A DNA stretch of 64,000 nucleotides from Promethearchaeota archaeon (GCA_029838195.1 JALGVJ010000006.1:64001-128000), one strand, 5' to 3'. Shown: positions 50,824 to 61,347, counted from the stretch's first letter. Numbers and translations are program-made. Notes: generated by a model from the letters alone, not told the origin.

Positions 50824-50947
50824 TTTAAAGAACTCTATTATGTTACGTCGTATTATTTAAAAGATTTTACATTACCGCTGAACATGAACTCCAGTACACC
50901 AACTTCATGCGTTAAGTTTTAAGAGGTTTTTTAATTAATTTTACATT

Positions 50948-51125
50948 AATTCATGGAAAACTGATACTAAAGAGATTATTCTCAAGAAATTAACAAAACA
51001 TTGAATGAACAATATAGTTCTGAAAATCTAATTAAATTCATGGAAAACTGATACTAAAGAGATTATTCTCAAGAAATTAACAAAACATTGAATGAACAAT
51101 ATAGTTCTGAAAATCTAATTAAATT
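50948..51125. repeat. Exact 87-bp tandem duplication
   Basis: AATTCATGGAAAACTG...GAAAATCTAATTA repeated at 50948 and 51035, with terminal AATT microhomology. Confidence 0.95.
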
Positions 51126-51433
51126 GGCAAAAGACTATCATTCTATCGTAATGGAAACAAAAGGTAAGGTTGTTGGAACGATAGATTTAAGGAAGATTTA
51201 ATTAGTACTTTATTTATACATCCTATCTTCATGAAACAAGGTATTGGACGCAAATTAATGAAAAAAATTGGTGAAGGTTTTCCACGATAAAACCATGTAA
51301 GAATTTATAGTTATTTTAAAGTTTGACTGCTAAAAATTTTTATTTAAAATTAGGATATAAACTCATGGAGAAAAATGTAGAGGAGAGTCTAGGAATTAGG
51401 CCCTTAATGAAAAAGATTATAGAAATTAATTAA
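50953..51433 (+). pseudogene. Degraded GNAT acetyltransferase
   Basis: Fragments IVMETKGKVVGTI, ISTLFIHPIFMKQGIGRKLM (motif A) and AKNFYLKLGYK (motif B), broken by stops and frameshifts. Confidence 0.75.
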
Positions 51434-51605
51434 AGGGAATTTATCTTCTATTTTGTTTAATAGTTTAAATTTTTTAACACGTGATTGAGAGTAAAATTCT
51501 TAAATAGGTATTATCGTGATTTTAAGGAAAAATTTTTTTAGTCATGTTAAATATAAAATAGTATTCAAGAGTTTGAAAATGAAATAAATAGAGGAATATT
51601 AAAAA

Positions 51606-51782
51606 ATGGCAAAGGCAGAATGTCCCTCGTGCTTCTTTGAATTTGAGCTAGATGAGGGAACGATTGTTGGCGAAGTTATTCCTTGTCCTGACTGCGGCGT
51701 AGACCTTGAAATAATTGAAATTCAGGGGGACGTGGCAAAAGTGGAAGAGGCAGAAATGGCAGAAGAAGATTGGGGAGAATAA
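51606..51782 (+). CDS. lysW: LysW amino-group carrier protein (58 aa, below the ORF-track cutoff)
   Basis: MAKAECPSC...GEVIPCPDCGVDLE...EEDWGE C-terminal signature. Confidence 0.95.
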   Translation: MAKAECPSCFFEFELDEGTIVGEVIPCPDCGVDLEIIEIQGDVAKVEEAEMAEEDWGE

Positions 51783-51866
51783 GGAATTTATCGAAAGAGG
51801 CTCGATGAATAGAAGCAATTAACCACCAAGTGGACATTTAATTTTAAGGAATAAAGATCTCTTTTC

Positions 51867-53705
51867 TCAAGCTTTTTTATTTAATTTTTTAATTATTTCT
51901 CCAGCAACTTTTTTATTTACTACGCTCGTTAATTCTTCAAAAGAGGCTTTTTTAATCCCTTCCAAGCTTCCAAAGGTCATCAGTAGTTTATTTCTGGTAG
52001 CGGGACCAATTCCTTTTATTTCGTCCAAAATTGAGCCCGTTATTTTTTTCTTTCGTTTAATTTCATGAAGTCGTTTAGCAAAACGATGGGCTTCATCCCG
52101 AATTCTCTGAAATAATTTTAAAACTGGTGAGTTTTCCGGTAATAGAATCGGATCTTGCTTATTGGGAAGATAGATCTCTTCTAATTTTTTGGCAAGTCCA
52201 ATGATGGGAATGGATAAGTTTAATTCCTTTAATACTTCCAACCCAGCATTTAATTGGGGTTTTCCTCCATCTACTAAAATTAAATCTGGTAACTCTTTAT
52301 TTTTCTTTAAAAGGGACATGTATCTTCGTTTAATTATTTCTTTCATCATGGCTACATCATCAGGCGTGGATTTTGACACCACGTTATAATGACGATAATT
52401 TTTTTTATCGGATTTTCCGTCTAGAAAATATACCATAGAACCAGTAGCGTTTTTCCCTTCAATATTAGAAATATCAAATCCCTCGATTCTTCTGGGGATG
52501 GTGGGCAAGTCTAAAAGTTCTTTAATTTTTTCTAAAATAGTATTGATATTTTCTTCTTCTTTTTCTTGAATGGCATCCATTTGTATTTGTTGTTCTACCA
52601 TGACCCGAGCGTTTTTATGAGCAATTCGTACTAATGCTTCTTCTTTTTCATCACGTGACACGCGTAATTTAACGTTTTTCTTGGTCTCAAGCAAGAGTTC
52701 CTTTAATAAGGTAAAGTGCTCGTTCCATTGTGGAAGGATGATAGTATCAGGGACCAGATGATTTTCATCTTGATAATATTGTTCTAATAAGTGACTCAAG
52801 ATTTCTTCTCTCAAAACGATTTTATCTTTTAAATCAATAAGAAAGGCACTCTTGTTAGACATGCGGCCATCTCTAACGTGAAGGATTACTAATGCGAAAT
52901 ATCTATTTTGCTCATCAAGAAAATAATTGATTATATCTTTGTTCGCTTGAGAATCTAATAAAACGTTTTGTTTCGTGGTCGAATGATTGATGGATTCTAT
53001 TTTATCCCTCCAAAATGCGGCGAGTTCATAATTCTGAGATCCTGCAGCGTTTAACATCTTTTCTTGAAGTTCATTGATTAATTTAGCGGTATTTCCTTTT
53101 AAAAATAATTCAATCCCTTTAATATTTTCAAGGTAAGCTTCTTTAGAAATCGCATTAATGCAAGGCCCCGGACATAATTTAATTTGATAATATAAGCACG
53201 GTCGCTCTCTTCTTTTAACCTTTTTTTTACAAGAACAATAGGGAAAGATCTTTCTCAAATCCCGTAATATTCTCTGAATTTCTTTTTTATCGGTATAAGG
53301 TCCGAGTAGCGTGTTGTTCTTTGCAAATTTTTCTGGTCCCCGAATGATGCGAATGCGTGGAAATTCTTCAGAATAAAAAATACAGATCCATGGATAAGAT
53401 TTTGAATCTCGCATGATAACATTAAATCGAGGATAATGCTTCTTTATTTGAAGATTTTCAAGAATGAGTGCCTCTTTTTCATTTTGCGTTACTATATATT
53501 CAATGGAGTGAATGTTTTTGACCATTTCTCTTATTTTTTCTTCATAATAAGGATCATTATAAGTAGATTTTCCAAAATATTGAGAAACCCTGCTTCTCAA
53601 GTTTTTTGCTTTTCCCACGTAAATGATTTCATTATTTTTATTTTTGAACATGTAAATGCCGGGATCTTTCGGCAAGCTCTTTCTTTGCAATTCTAAATCT
53701 GACAT
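51867..53705 (-). CDS. uvrC: Excinuclease ABC subunit C
   Basis: PGIY...IIYVGKAKNLR, RIEGFDISN, DGGKPQL, RDEAHRFA, C-terminal HhH. Confidence 0.96.
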   Translation of the reverse strand: MSDLELQRKSLPKDPGIYMFKNKNNEIIYVGKAKNLRSRVSQYFGKSTYNDPYYEEKIREMVKNIHSIEYIVTQNEKEALILENLQIKKHYPRFNVIMRDSKSYPWICIFYSEEFPRIRIIRGPEKFAKNNTLLGPYTDKKEIQRILRDLRKIFPYCSCKKKVKRRERPCLYYQIKLCPGPCINAISKEAYLENIKGIELFLKGNTAKLINELQEKMLNAAGSQNYELAAFWRDKIESINHSTTKQNVLLDSQANKDIINYFLDEQNRYFALVILHVRDGRMSNKSAFLIDLKDKIVLREEILSHLLEQYYQDENHLVPDTIILPQWNEHFTLLKELLLETKKNVKLRVSRDEKEEALVRIAHKNARVMVEQQIQMDAIQEKEEENINTILEKIKELLDLPTIPRRIEGFDISNIEGKNATGSMVYFLDGKSDKKNYRHYNVVSKSTPDDVAMMKEIIKRRYMSLLKKNKELPDLILVDGGKPQLNAGLEVLKELNLSIPIIGLAKKLEEIYLPNKQDPILLPENSPVLKLFQRIRDEAHRFAKRLHEIKRKKKITGSILDEIKGIGPATRNKLLMTFGSLEGIKKASFEELTSVVNKKVAGEIIKKLNKKA

Positions 53706-53926
53706 TCTTAATACGTGCGGATTATTTTTGATTCAACACCAAGCCGATTGTATATATTTTATTACGATAAACATCTCTCAACTAATAAATAATTAAATTT
53801 CCATGAGTTTAAATTTATTTGTTATAAAACCATGCATCTTGTTAAGAAACAAGGTTTTTTTATCAAGAACACTTGATGTTTACATGAGTATTTTTTAAAT
53901 GATTATCGGAAAGGATTTACTTTTCC

Positions 53927-54121
53927 ATGAAAAAAATTAAAATTTGCCCGAAATGCAAAAGCTCGCGGTTAAAAGCCGCCATGAACGTGAGTGGATGGCT
54001 TGCTCCGGACTTGTATGAATGCTGGGATTGTAATTACGTGGGGCCCCTTTATCTTGAAATGGATCTGGAAGAATATGAACAATTAAGAAAGAAAGAACAA
54101 GAAAAAAATAATAAAGATTAA
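53927..54121 (+). CDS. Small zinc-ribbon protein
   Basis: CPKCKS...SGWL...YECWDCNYVGP. Confidence 0.75.
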   Translation: MKKIKICPKCKSSRLKAAMNVSGWLAPDLYECWDCNYVGPLYLEMDLEEYEQLRKKEQEKNNKD

Positions 54122-54172
54122 ACCTAAATCTTTACAATTTTAAAAAGTATTATTTTAAAAAAAATCAACCTT

Positions 54173-55456
54173 TCAACTCCATTTCGATAGTGCTTTAGCT
54201 AATTCGTCATGAGTCTTTGCATGGTCTTCCAGGGACGTGCCTTTTAGAGTGGCTTCTAACGCTTGTACTATTGCTTTAGCACCTGCTTTCGTTCCATCCG
54301 GATGGCCATGACAACCTCCTCCAAATTGGTATACCATGTCGATTCCCAAAATATCTATTAAAGCAGGAACGTGTAAAGGACTTAATCCACCAGAGGCCAC
54401 GGGAAGAACCGGCTTAATTACCCCCCAATCTTGGTCTAAACGAGTTAAATCATTCCCTATTATTATTTGCTGAGTAATGGTTTCATTAATCTCCAGCACT
54501 TCCTTTTTTCCGCCTTCCATTTTCCCGATGATTGTACCTGTATGGAGTTGGTCCATGCCGATTAGACGCATTATTTTTGCCAACACGAGCATGGTTAAAC
54601 CGTGTTTTTTATTGCGCGTGAGAGCTGCGTGGAGAGCTCTATGTGCATGAATGACAAGGTTTTTATCCTCTAAATAATCCCGCAATTCTTGTAAAGCGGA
54701 AAATCCAACGGTGAGAATATCGACCATGACATATTCTCCTCCATTATCTGCCACGAAATCAGCCCGTTTTTTCATGATGCTCATTTTTGCCGTGATATTT
54801 GGCATATAAATTTTTTTATCCCCCGTTTCATTTTCTATTTTATCCCGAATTTTTAGTGTTTCCTCGATTCGTTTTTCGAACCGATTAAAAGTCATGTTCG
54901 TGAGATTTTCATCATCTTTTACGATATCCAAGCCTCCCTCCCAGGCTTCTCCACAGACTCTGGCGTGTTCCGTTTCATTCAATCCTACTTTTGGCTTCAC
55001 GATAGTGCCAAGGAGCGGTCTTCCATGAACTTTTAAGGTGTTGCGTATGCCTTCTATACCAAATTTTGGCCCCTTATAGGAATTTACGATGTCTCTTGGA
55101 AAAGAGATATCTAATAATCTCAAATTTTGTAAGGCTTTCATGCCAAAGATATTCCCTGCGACGGCACTGAGTATTTGAGGCATGTTATCCATCTCAAAAA
55201 GTTCCTTAGTATAGGCGATTTTTATGACTTGATTTTCTTTATCGATGTAAAAAACCGATGGTTTCAATCGTTTGGCGATTTCTGGAGAAAGCGTTACAAT
55301 ATCCGTCCACGTGCCGATAGAACTTTCTTTTGCGATTTCCATGCTGGCGTGTTCTAGACTTTTACAAGAAGGTGCCTTTTCCACATGATACATGGCAATT
55401 AATTCGTTCTCATCGGGCACGTGATCTAAATCTACATAATCAATAACTTGTATCAC
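54173..55456 (-). CDS. rbcL: RuBisCO large subunit, archaeal form III
   Basis: ESSIGTWT, KPKVGL, GGLDIVKDDE, HAHRA, GKMEG, SGGL, QFGGG. True start is probably GTG 55456 or ATT 55444, not TTG 55486. Confidence 0.92.
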   Translation of the reverse strand: MIQVIDYVDLDHVPDENELIAMYHVEKAPSCKSLEHASMEIAKESSIGTWTDIVTLSPEIAKRLKPSVFYIDKENQVIKIAYTKELFEMDNMPQILSAVAGNIFGMKALQNLRLLDISFPRDIVNSYKGPKFGIEGIRNTLKVHGRPLLGTIVKPKVGLNETEHARVCGEAWEGGLDIVKDDENLTNMTFNRFEKRIEETLKIRDKIENETGDKKIYMPNITAKMSIMKKRADFVADNGGEYVMVDILTVGFSALQELRDYLEDKNLVIHAHRALHAALTRNKKHGLTMLVLAKIMRLIGMDQLHTGTIIGKMEGGKKEVLEINETITQQIIIGNDLTRLDQDWGVIKPVLPVASGGLSPLHVPALIDILGIDMVYQFGGGCHGHPDGTKAGAKAIVQALEATLKGTSLEDHAKTHDELAKALSKWS

Positions 55457-55528
55457 CTCTTTCTTCAAAAAGAGGGAAAATAACAAAAATTTTATCTTAT
55501 CTTTAATTCTCTAGCTCGTGATTATATC

Positions 55529-55828
55529 ATGAGCTCGGATACCAAAAAAATGATAAAAGTCGATCTTAAAGACTTGCTTTTCAAGGGAGAACAACACGTA
55601 GAAGATCTCGTGCGATTTTTAAATGAAGCTCTGCCTCTCGTTGAAATCACCCGAAATGGGAATGTTTTAGAGTTAAATGTACATTCAACTTTATCAAAGC
55701 GGGCAGTGAAGCTAAGATTAAAAAAATTCTTTCATAAAAACAAATTGAAAGATGATTTACGGGCCATCTCTTTTCCAGAAGGATATATCATAAAGGAAAA
55801 AAAGCGCCCGGAATTAACCTATTATTAA
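55529..55828 (+). CDS. rpl22e: Ribosomal protein eL22-like
   Basis: LSKRAVKLRLKKFFHKNKLKDDLRAIS resembles the eL22 SKRYLKYLTKKYLKK..LRD.LRV motif. Confidence 0.75.
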   Translation: MSSDTKKMIKVDLKDLLFKGEQHVEDLVRFLNEALPLVEITRNGNVLELNVHSTLSKRAVKLRLKKFFHKNKLKDDLRAISFPEGYIIKEKKRPELTYY

Positions 55829-55883
55829 TTCGTTTCTATTATTAGGGACATAGAAATTAATAACTTAATTTCTTATTTTAAAT

Positions 55884-56852
55884 GTGGATTTTAGAAAATC
55901 ATGTCTCATGATAAGCTCATTGAATGACGTGATACGATGTTCTACCCTGGCAAGCTTGCTAGAAATTGCGGGATGGCCCAAGCCGGGAAACGTGCATCGC
56001 ACGAGAGATTTTAAAGACGCTCGGTATGAACATTTTTTAGCGGGAGTTGTTGCCATGCAACCTTGTTTTAGGACATTTTGCGAAAGAATTTTTAAGAATT
56101 GTTCAGAAAAAGATAAAGGATTGGAACGAGTCAAACTTGGTAATTTCTATAAGGAAGCGGCAGAAGCGATGATGATATGGCAAAAAGGAGGCAATGTATT
56201 ATTAGGCCATGTTTTGATCTTGGCTCCTTTAGTAGCATCTGCTGTTTTATGTCTGAAATTTAATGAAAGGGATTTATTCTCCTTTAGAAAGTACTTGGGG
56301 AATGTTATCAAAAGCGCTACTGTCGAAGACACTATTAATCTTTATGAAGCTATTCACATTTGTAACCCCGGTGGATTAGGTAAAGTTGAAAAATATGATA
56401 TAAATGATCCGGACGTTATTCATCAGTTAAAAGAAGATAATATCACGTTAAAGGGTATTTTTGAGTATTCGAAAGATTACGATCTCATCAGTCGTGAGTA
56501 CGTGACGAATTTTAAAATCATTTTAGAAGAAGGATTACCATATTTTCTTGATATTTTTCACGAAACTGGCGATATTAATATTGCCACGGTTAATACTTAT
56601 TTGAAATTACTTGCTTCTCATCTTGATACCTTGGTAATTAGAAAATCGGGACATGAGGCTGCGAGGATGATTTCTAATGAAGCCTTGAAAATTTTAAAAC
56701 ATGAAGGGATAATGACTAGAAAGGGAAGGATCTTGACAAAAAAATTAGACAAGAAACTACAAGCGCAGAATGGAAGAATGAATCCCGGAACTACGGCAGA
56801 TTTAGTCTCCGGAATAATTTTCATTGCACTAGCGCTTGGCATTAAATTTTAA
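55884..56852 (+). CDS. citG: CitG-family triphosphoribosyl-dephospho-CoA synthase-like protein
   Basis: LLE...PKPGNVHR, DTLVIRKSG, NPGTTADL. Confidence 0.85.
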   Translation: MDFRKSCLMISSLNDVIRCSTLASLLEIAGWPKPGNVHRTRDFKDARYEHFLAGVVAMQPCFRTFCERIFKNCSEKDKGLERVKLGNFYKEAAEAMMIWQKGGNVLLGHVLILAPLVASAVLCLKFNERDLFSFRKYLGNVIKSATVEDTINLYEAIHICNPGGLGKVEKYDINDPDVIHQLKEDNITLKGIFEYSKDYDLISREYVTNFKIILEEGLPYFLDIFHETGDINIATVNTYLKLLASHLDTLVIRKSGHEAARMISNEALKILKHEGIMTRKGRILTKKLDKKLQAQNGRMNPGTTADLVSGIIFIALALGIKF

Positions 56853-56925
56853 AGGGAAAAAGAAAAAAATTTTTTTGAAACGATGCTTTATTTAATCATA
56901 AATCGATAAAAGGGGTTGAGCGAAG

Positions 56926-57276
56926 CTGGTAAAATTCTGTGAATGTGGAGGATTAATGCTTCCTACTACCATTGACGGGAAAAAAGTGTTCAAATGTAAA
57001 TGCGGAGCAGTCGAGCCATTTAATGATCAAGAAAGTAATTCCTATGTCCTCACGACTAAAGTCAAGCATTCCGCACGGGAAGAAATCATGAATGCGGCGG
57101 AAATACTTAAATGGAAAGAAGAGAATCTAAGAAGCTCGATCAAAAATTTCAGGTGCCCTAAATGCGGTTATGATAAATGCCAATTAGAAACCAGGCAAAC
57201 TCGTCGTGCGGATGAAGGAATGACCCATTTCATTATTTGTTTAAAATGCGGAAAAATGATTAAAATTGGGTCATGA
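56926..57276 (+). CDS. tfs: Transcription factor S (TFS/RpoM); start extended to CTG
   Basis: In-frame upstream LVKFCECGGL completes the N-terminal Zn ribbon; C-terminal CPKC..QTRRADEG.T.F..C..C. Confidence 0.85.
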   Translation: MVKFCECGGLMLPTTIDGKKVFKCKCGAVEPFNDQESNSYVLTTKVKHSAREEIMNAAEILKWKEENLRSSIKNFRCPKCGYDKCQLETRQTRRADEGMTHFIICLKCGKMIKIGS

Positions 57277-57278
57277 AT

Positions 57279-57578
57279 TTACTGCTTGATTATTTTATGA
57301 ATGAGCTCATTTTCGGTAATTTTTCCTGGAAAATGAATCTTCACGATTTTATCTCGTGAGCGTATTCCGGCGATAATTTGAATATTTTTGGAGCTGATCC
57401 TTAATTTTTTTCTCAAAAGGGTTATTAATTCTTTGTTTGCTCTAAATTTCTGGGGAGAAGAAGTGAGAGTTATTTTTATTTTTTCTTCTTCAAGAGAAAT
57501 GGATTTATTTTTAGAGCCTGCAATCACGTGGCATTTTAAGTGAAATTCGTGTTCGGATTTTTTTTCAATACCTTTCAT
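57279..57578 (-). CDS. DUF167/YggU family protein
   Basis: P.K.RANKELI..L...L.I....IQIIAG..SRDK. Confidence 0.8.
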   Translation of the reverse strand: MKGIEKKSEHEFHLKCHVIAGSKNKSISLEEEKIKITLTSSPQKFRANKELITLLRKKLRISSKNIQIIAGIRSRDKIVKIHFPGKITENELIHKIIKQ

Positions 57579-57593
57579 GTTTTTTAAAAATGG

Positions 57594-58991
57594 TTATATA
57601 AAATCATTGATTTGTTCTTTTAATCTATTATAAGAAGGAATGGAAAGTCGAATTCCTCCTGCCAGCTTATGACCGCCACCAATTCCTCCAAGTTCTTTTT
57701 TAATTCGAGCTATGATTTGATTCACGCCCACGCCGTTATTTTTTTCCAAAAATTTTCGTGAACAACGAATACTTAATTTAATCATGTGATTTTTCTTTTC
57801 TTCTCCTCCTAAAAAGAGAATTTTATGGGGATCCAAGAGTTCGTTTACGGAACAAAAACTCGTGGTGTCCGACCAATTACTTGGAGGCAACCTATCTCCC
57901 ACTTCAATGAATATAGCTTTTTCAGTTTCCGTTTTAGGAAGATTTAGCACTTCTTTTAAATTATGAGTCAAATTAGAAATATATTCTTGATAGAGACTTT
58001 TAGCTTGCCGGGAGGGAGATTTTTGTCCCGTTATAGAGAGAGCATGATGGATGTTTTTAAAGCAGAGGATATTCAATAAAAGGGCATGTTCAAAAGCAAA
58101 ACTCAATAATCCACTTTTTTTTGGAAGGAGGCAATAATGGCCTCGGTTCTCCAATCCAATTTCTTGCTGAATTTTCTCGATTTCCGCATTACTTAAATTT
58201 ATAACTTTTTTATTCGGATCGATATTTAAATTTCTTAGAAATTTCTTGATCTTTGCATCTTCTTCTCCTCCCAAATCTTTAATGAAGGGCAAAATGCTAT
58301 ATTTTAATCCATTTTTAATGGTTTCGTGCATGGCGCCAAATAAAATCAAGCCTTCTTTATCTTCGACTATTTGTTCACGTACTAATTCTTCATATACTTC
58401 CCGGTTAAATGATTCCAGCTTGTCCATGGGTCTCAAGGAATCTCCCGCAATTCCAATGGCAGTTAGCCAACCTTGAGCGAGGATGCTGGGATCAACTTTA
58501 CGGGCGAATAGATAAACCAGAGTAGCGCCTGCGATGTGGTCTAACCCATCAAATCCAAAAAGAGTAGGATTTAAGAAATGGAGATTTTCCGGATGGGTTT
58601 TTATTTTATCGTAGGATTCGACTTCATGATGATCTAAAATGAAATAATGTTCATATGGGGTCTCTTCTATGATTGGTAATAATTCTTCAAGGTTTGAACC
58701 GATATCCGTGAGAAATAAAGTAGTCTCCTTGGCTTTTTTGGAATCTTTTTTAGGCAGTATTCCTTTTAAATATTCTGCCCATGAGACGGATCGATTATAG
58801 ATGAAATAATCAAACTCTAAATGTTTTTTAAATAATAAATTTTGGATGAGGTGTAAACTGGAGATGCCATCTGCATCATTATGACTGATTAAAATAACAT
58901 TATTTCCGCATTGATCTAAAAAGTGATTTACGGTATTATCCAATTCTGTTAAAAATTTCTCAAGATCAGGTTCTGAAGCCATTAATATCAA
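57594..58991 (-). CDS. DHH family RecJ/Cdc45-like (GAN-type) protein
   Basis: SHNDADG, TDIGS, ILDHH, NP..FG.DG, GGGHKLAGG. Confidence 0.85.
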   Translation of the reverse strand: MILMASEPDLEKFLTELDNTVNHFLDQCGNNVILISHNDADGISSLHLIQNLLFKKHLEFDYFIYNRSVSWAEYLKGILPKKDSKKAKETTLFLTDIGSNLEELLPIIEETPYEHYFILDHHEVESYDKIKTHPENLHFLNPTLFGFDGLDHIAGATLVYLFARKVDPSILAQGWLTAIGIAGDSLRPMDKLESFNREVYEELVREQIVEDKEGLILFGAMHETIKNGLKYSILPFIKDLGGEEDAKIKKFLRNLNIDPNKKVINLSNAEIEKIQQEIGLENRGHYCLLPKKSGLLSFAFEHALLLNILCFKNIHHALSITGQKSPSRQAKSLYQEYISNLTHNLKEVLNLPKTETEKAIFIEVGDRLPPSNWSDTTSFCSVNELLDPHKILFLGGEEKKNHMIKLSIRCSRKFLEKNNGVGVNQIIARIKKELGGIGGGHKLAGGIRLSIPSYNRLKEQINDFI

Positions 58992-59198
58992 TCTAAATGC
59001 TTTTTAATTAAAAGAGGAAGGATGATGATGATGTACAAAATTATACACAAATCCATGTTACATTTTATATAGAAATTTGAAAATTTATCTTTTCTTTTTT
59101 AGAGAGAGCATGAATTATAAAATTTAAAATCTGAGAAATAATTATTTGATCTATATTATTATTTTAAGCTTCCATGTATGAAAATGGATTAAAAAAGG

Positions 59199-60932
59199 AT
59201 GAGAAAAGAGCATTTACTTAGAAAAATCGTTTACTTTCTGATAATCACGAGCCTCCTCTTAACATGTTTTAACAACATTAGGGGAGAAGGAGATAATAGA
59301 ATATCTTCTCTAAAAATTTCCCCCCAAGAACCTGTCCTGGAGCCTCAATTATTTTCCAAGGAGGATTTCGAGCCAATTCTTGAGGAAGAACGACAAGGGT
59401 TGGGCTCTGTATCCATTACCAATCTTTTATTTAATGAATCGGGGTTTTTCAACCATTCCGAACAATATCCTGCTTATGATCTAGATCTGAGGACTAAAGC
59501 GCTCAATATCAGTTATGAGAAAACGGAACTCATTAGAACCGTGAAAGAAGCAACCGTGGATGCTTTTGAAGAAGTATCACCGTCGTCTAATATCATCACG
59601 GTGGAATTAAACGAAAGCCTAAGGGTGAAGTATGATACTTCCATCGATCTATTAGAAGGCTATTTAGTATACGGTCCACGATTATATCCCTGTCTATTAA
59701 ATCGCTTGTACGCTCATAATGCCTCTTCTTCAATAAAAGAAGTTTATGAGGGAAATTATACCATCGATGATAGGAAAAACGTGATTTTTTATTATTCCAC
59801 CTTCTTTAACGGAGCTGAACAAGGAGATTTCAAGTTATATCTTATATGGCATTATAATATCACCTTAGAAGATTGGACGATAAATCAAGTAAAAGAAGAG
59901 GACCTTTTCATGAGCAGTTCCGAACAAAACATCACGGCTACCTTCAATTATAATTTTAACGTGTTAGGAAAGAAATTAAAAGGAGAAAAATTAACAGGAG
60001 CCTATCCATTCACCAGTTTACAAGTGGCCGCTGATAATTTAAACGTCACGTTAAGGATCAACATGCCAGATAGAGAATTGCTGGAAAATCATGCATTTAC
60101 CGGCCAAGGATATGTAGGATCCAATAACATCATATATGCCTCTTTTTCCGTTAATAATAGCTTATTCGACATGGATTTCGATGCCACCTTTACCATAGAA
60201 TTTTTAGACCCGGTCAACGTCACATGGGCAATTGATAGATTGATAGAAGGAACGAATTATCGGGAAAGAATCTATTTTCCAAACATCACCTGGGGGCCCG
60301 AACAATTATTCTTAAAATACGTGAAAATTGAAGAAAGAACGATCAGCATCGATCAAATAAAGGAAGTAACCTCTCAATTTGGACGTGTGGTGGAATATGT
60401 CGAAAAAAATTTCACGGAATTTCAACAAGTTGAAGAAAATAGCTTGATTTTTACCGAAAAAGTCATTCAGAGAAGGGGATTAGAAATTACCCTCCCTTAT
60501 TTTATTAAAGGAGAAACATGCCCATTTCGAATCAAGTACGAGCCCTCTGAAGATTTGCGCGTGATCATCACGGATAATATTCGCATGCCCCTTCGAAATG
60601 TGGAAGTTAAAATCCTCTATTATGGCAGGGTTTTCGGCACGTATATTTCTAACACCTTCATTCAACCAACGTCAATTACTAAAACCGATGAGAACGGAGA
60701 AATTTTCATCCAAAATGTTCCTAACGGAGATTATACTGTAATTCTATACGAGCAAGGGACGCCCGTTTACAACTCAACAGTAATGGCTTACAAGAGGGTA
60801 AACTACGTTATAACTGATATATCTCATTTTCCTTTAGTCATTCTTTCCTTTTTAATTCCTAGTGCGATTTTTCTAATCTTGGGCGTGTTAATATATCTTC
60901 ATTATAAAAAAGAGCGTGAAACTCGTACTTGA
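59199..60932 (+). CDS. Secreted, C-terminally membrane-anchored beta-rich surface protein
   Basis: N-terminal signal-like hydrophobic segment, many NxS/T sequons, TDENGE...NVPNGDYTV beta-sandwich, C-terminal TM helix + basic tail. Confidence 0.75.
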   Translation: MRKEHLLRKIVYFLIITSLLLTCFNNIRGEGDNRISSLKISPQEPVLEPQLFSKEDFEPILEEERQGLGSVSITNLLFNESGFFNHSEQYPAYDLDLRTKALNISYEKTELIRTVKEATVDAFEEVSPSSNIITVELNESLRVKYDTSIDLLEGYLVYGPRLYPCLLNRLYAHNASSSIKEVYEGNYTIDDRKNVIFYYSTFFNGAEQGDFKLYLIWHYNITLEDWTINQVKEEDLFMSSSEQNITATFNYNFNVLGKKLKGEKLTGAYPFTSLQVAADNLNVTLRINMPDRELLENHAFTGQGYVGSNNIIYASFSVNNSLFDMDFDATFTIEFLDPVNVTWAIDRLIEGTNYRERIYFPNITWGPEQLFLKYVKIEERTISIDQIKEVTSQFGRVVEYVEKNFTEFQQVEENSLIFTEKVIQRRGLEITLPYFIKGETCPFRIKYEPSEDLRVIITDNIRMPLRNVEVKILYYGRVFGTYISNTFIQPTSITKTDENGEIFIQNVPNGDYTVILYEQGTPVYNSTVMAYKRVNYVITDISHFPLVILSFLIPSAIFLILGVLIYLHYKKERETRT

Positions 60933-61246
60933 TTGTCATATTCGTCGATATGTTGGAAGATTTTTTAAGATTCTTAGAACAACGCATTATGGATGAGGTT
61001 TTTTATGAATACAAAGAGCGCACGAGCTCGGATTTATCAATAAATAATAAAATCGAGATCGTGCTTCACTTCCTCTCGAAATTAGAAAATTTTCTCGTCC
61101 TTTACGAAACAAAATTAACCTTGGAAAATTTCACGCCTTCAGATATAGACCAGCAAATTATCAGGAAATTAAAAGAAGTTTTCAAGAAACACGAGATTAA
61201 ATTAATCAAAGGAAAAATACGGGAAATCTTTCTCTCTTACTCGTGA
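60929..61246 (+). CDS. Hypothetical protein
   Basis: 105-aa ORF coupled (4-nt overlap) to the upstream gene. Confidence 0.65.
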   Translation: MIVIFVDMLEDFLRFLEQRIMDEVFYEYKERTSSDLSINNKIEIVLHFLSKLENFLVLYETKLTLENFTPSDIDQQIIRKLKEVFKKHEIKLIKGKIREIFLSYS

Positions 61247-61347
61247 ATTTTTTGGTAGCCATCGGAAGATCCTTAGGAGCTTTTGAAGATATCGAGTTCC
61301 TTAATATTATTATCATGCTAAGGTTCATTCACGCTAGTTTAGAACAA

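Noticed and set aside
50948-51125. 87-bp repeat as a CRISPR array
   Set aside because: Two contiguous identical units, no spacers, no cas genes.
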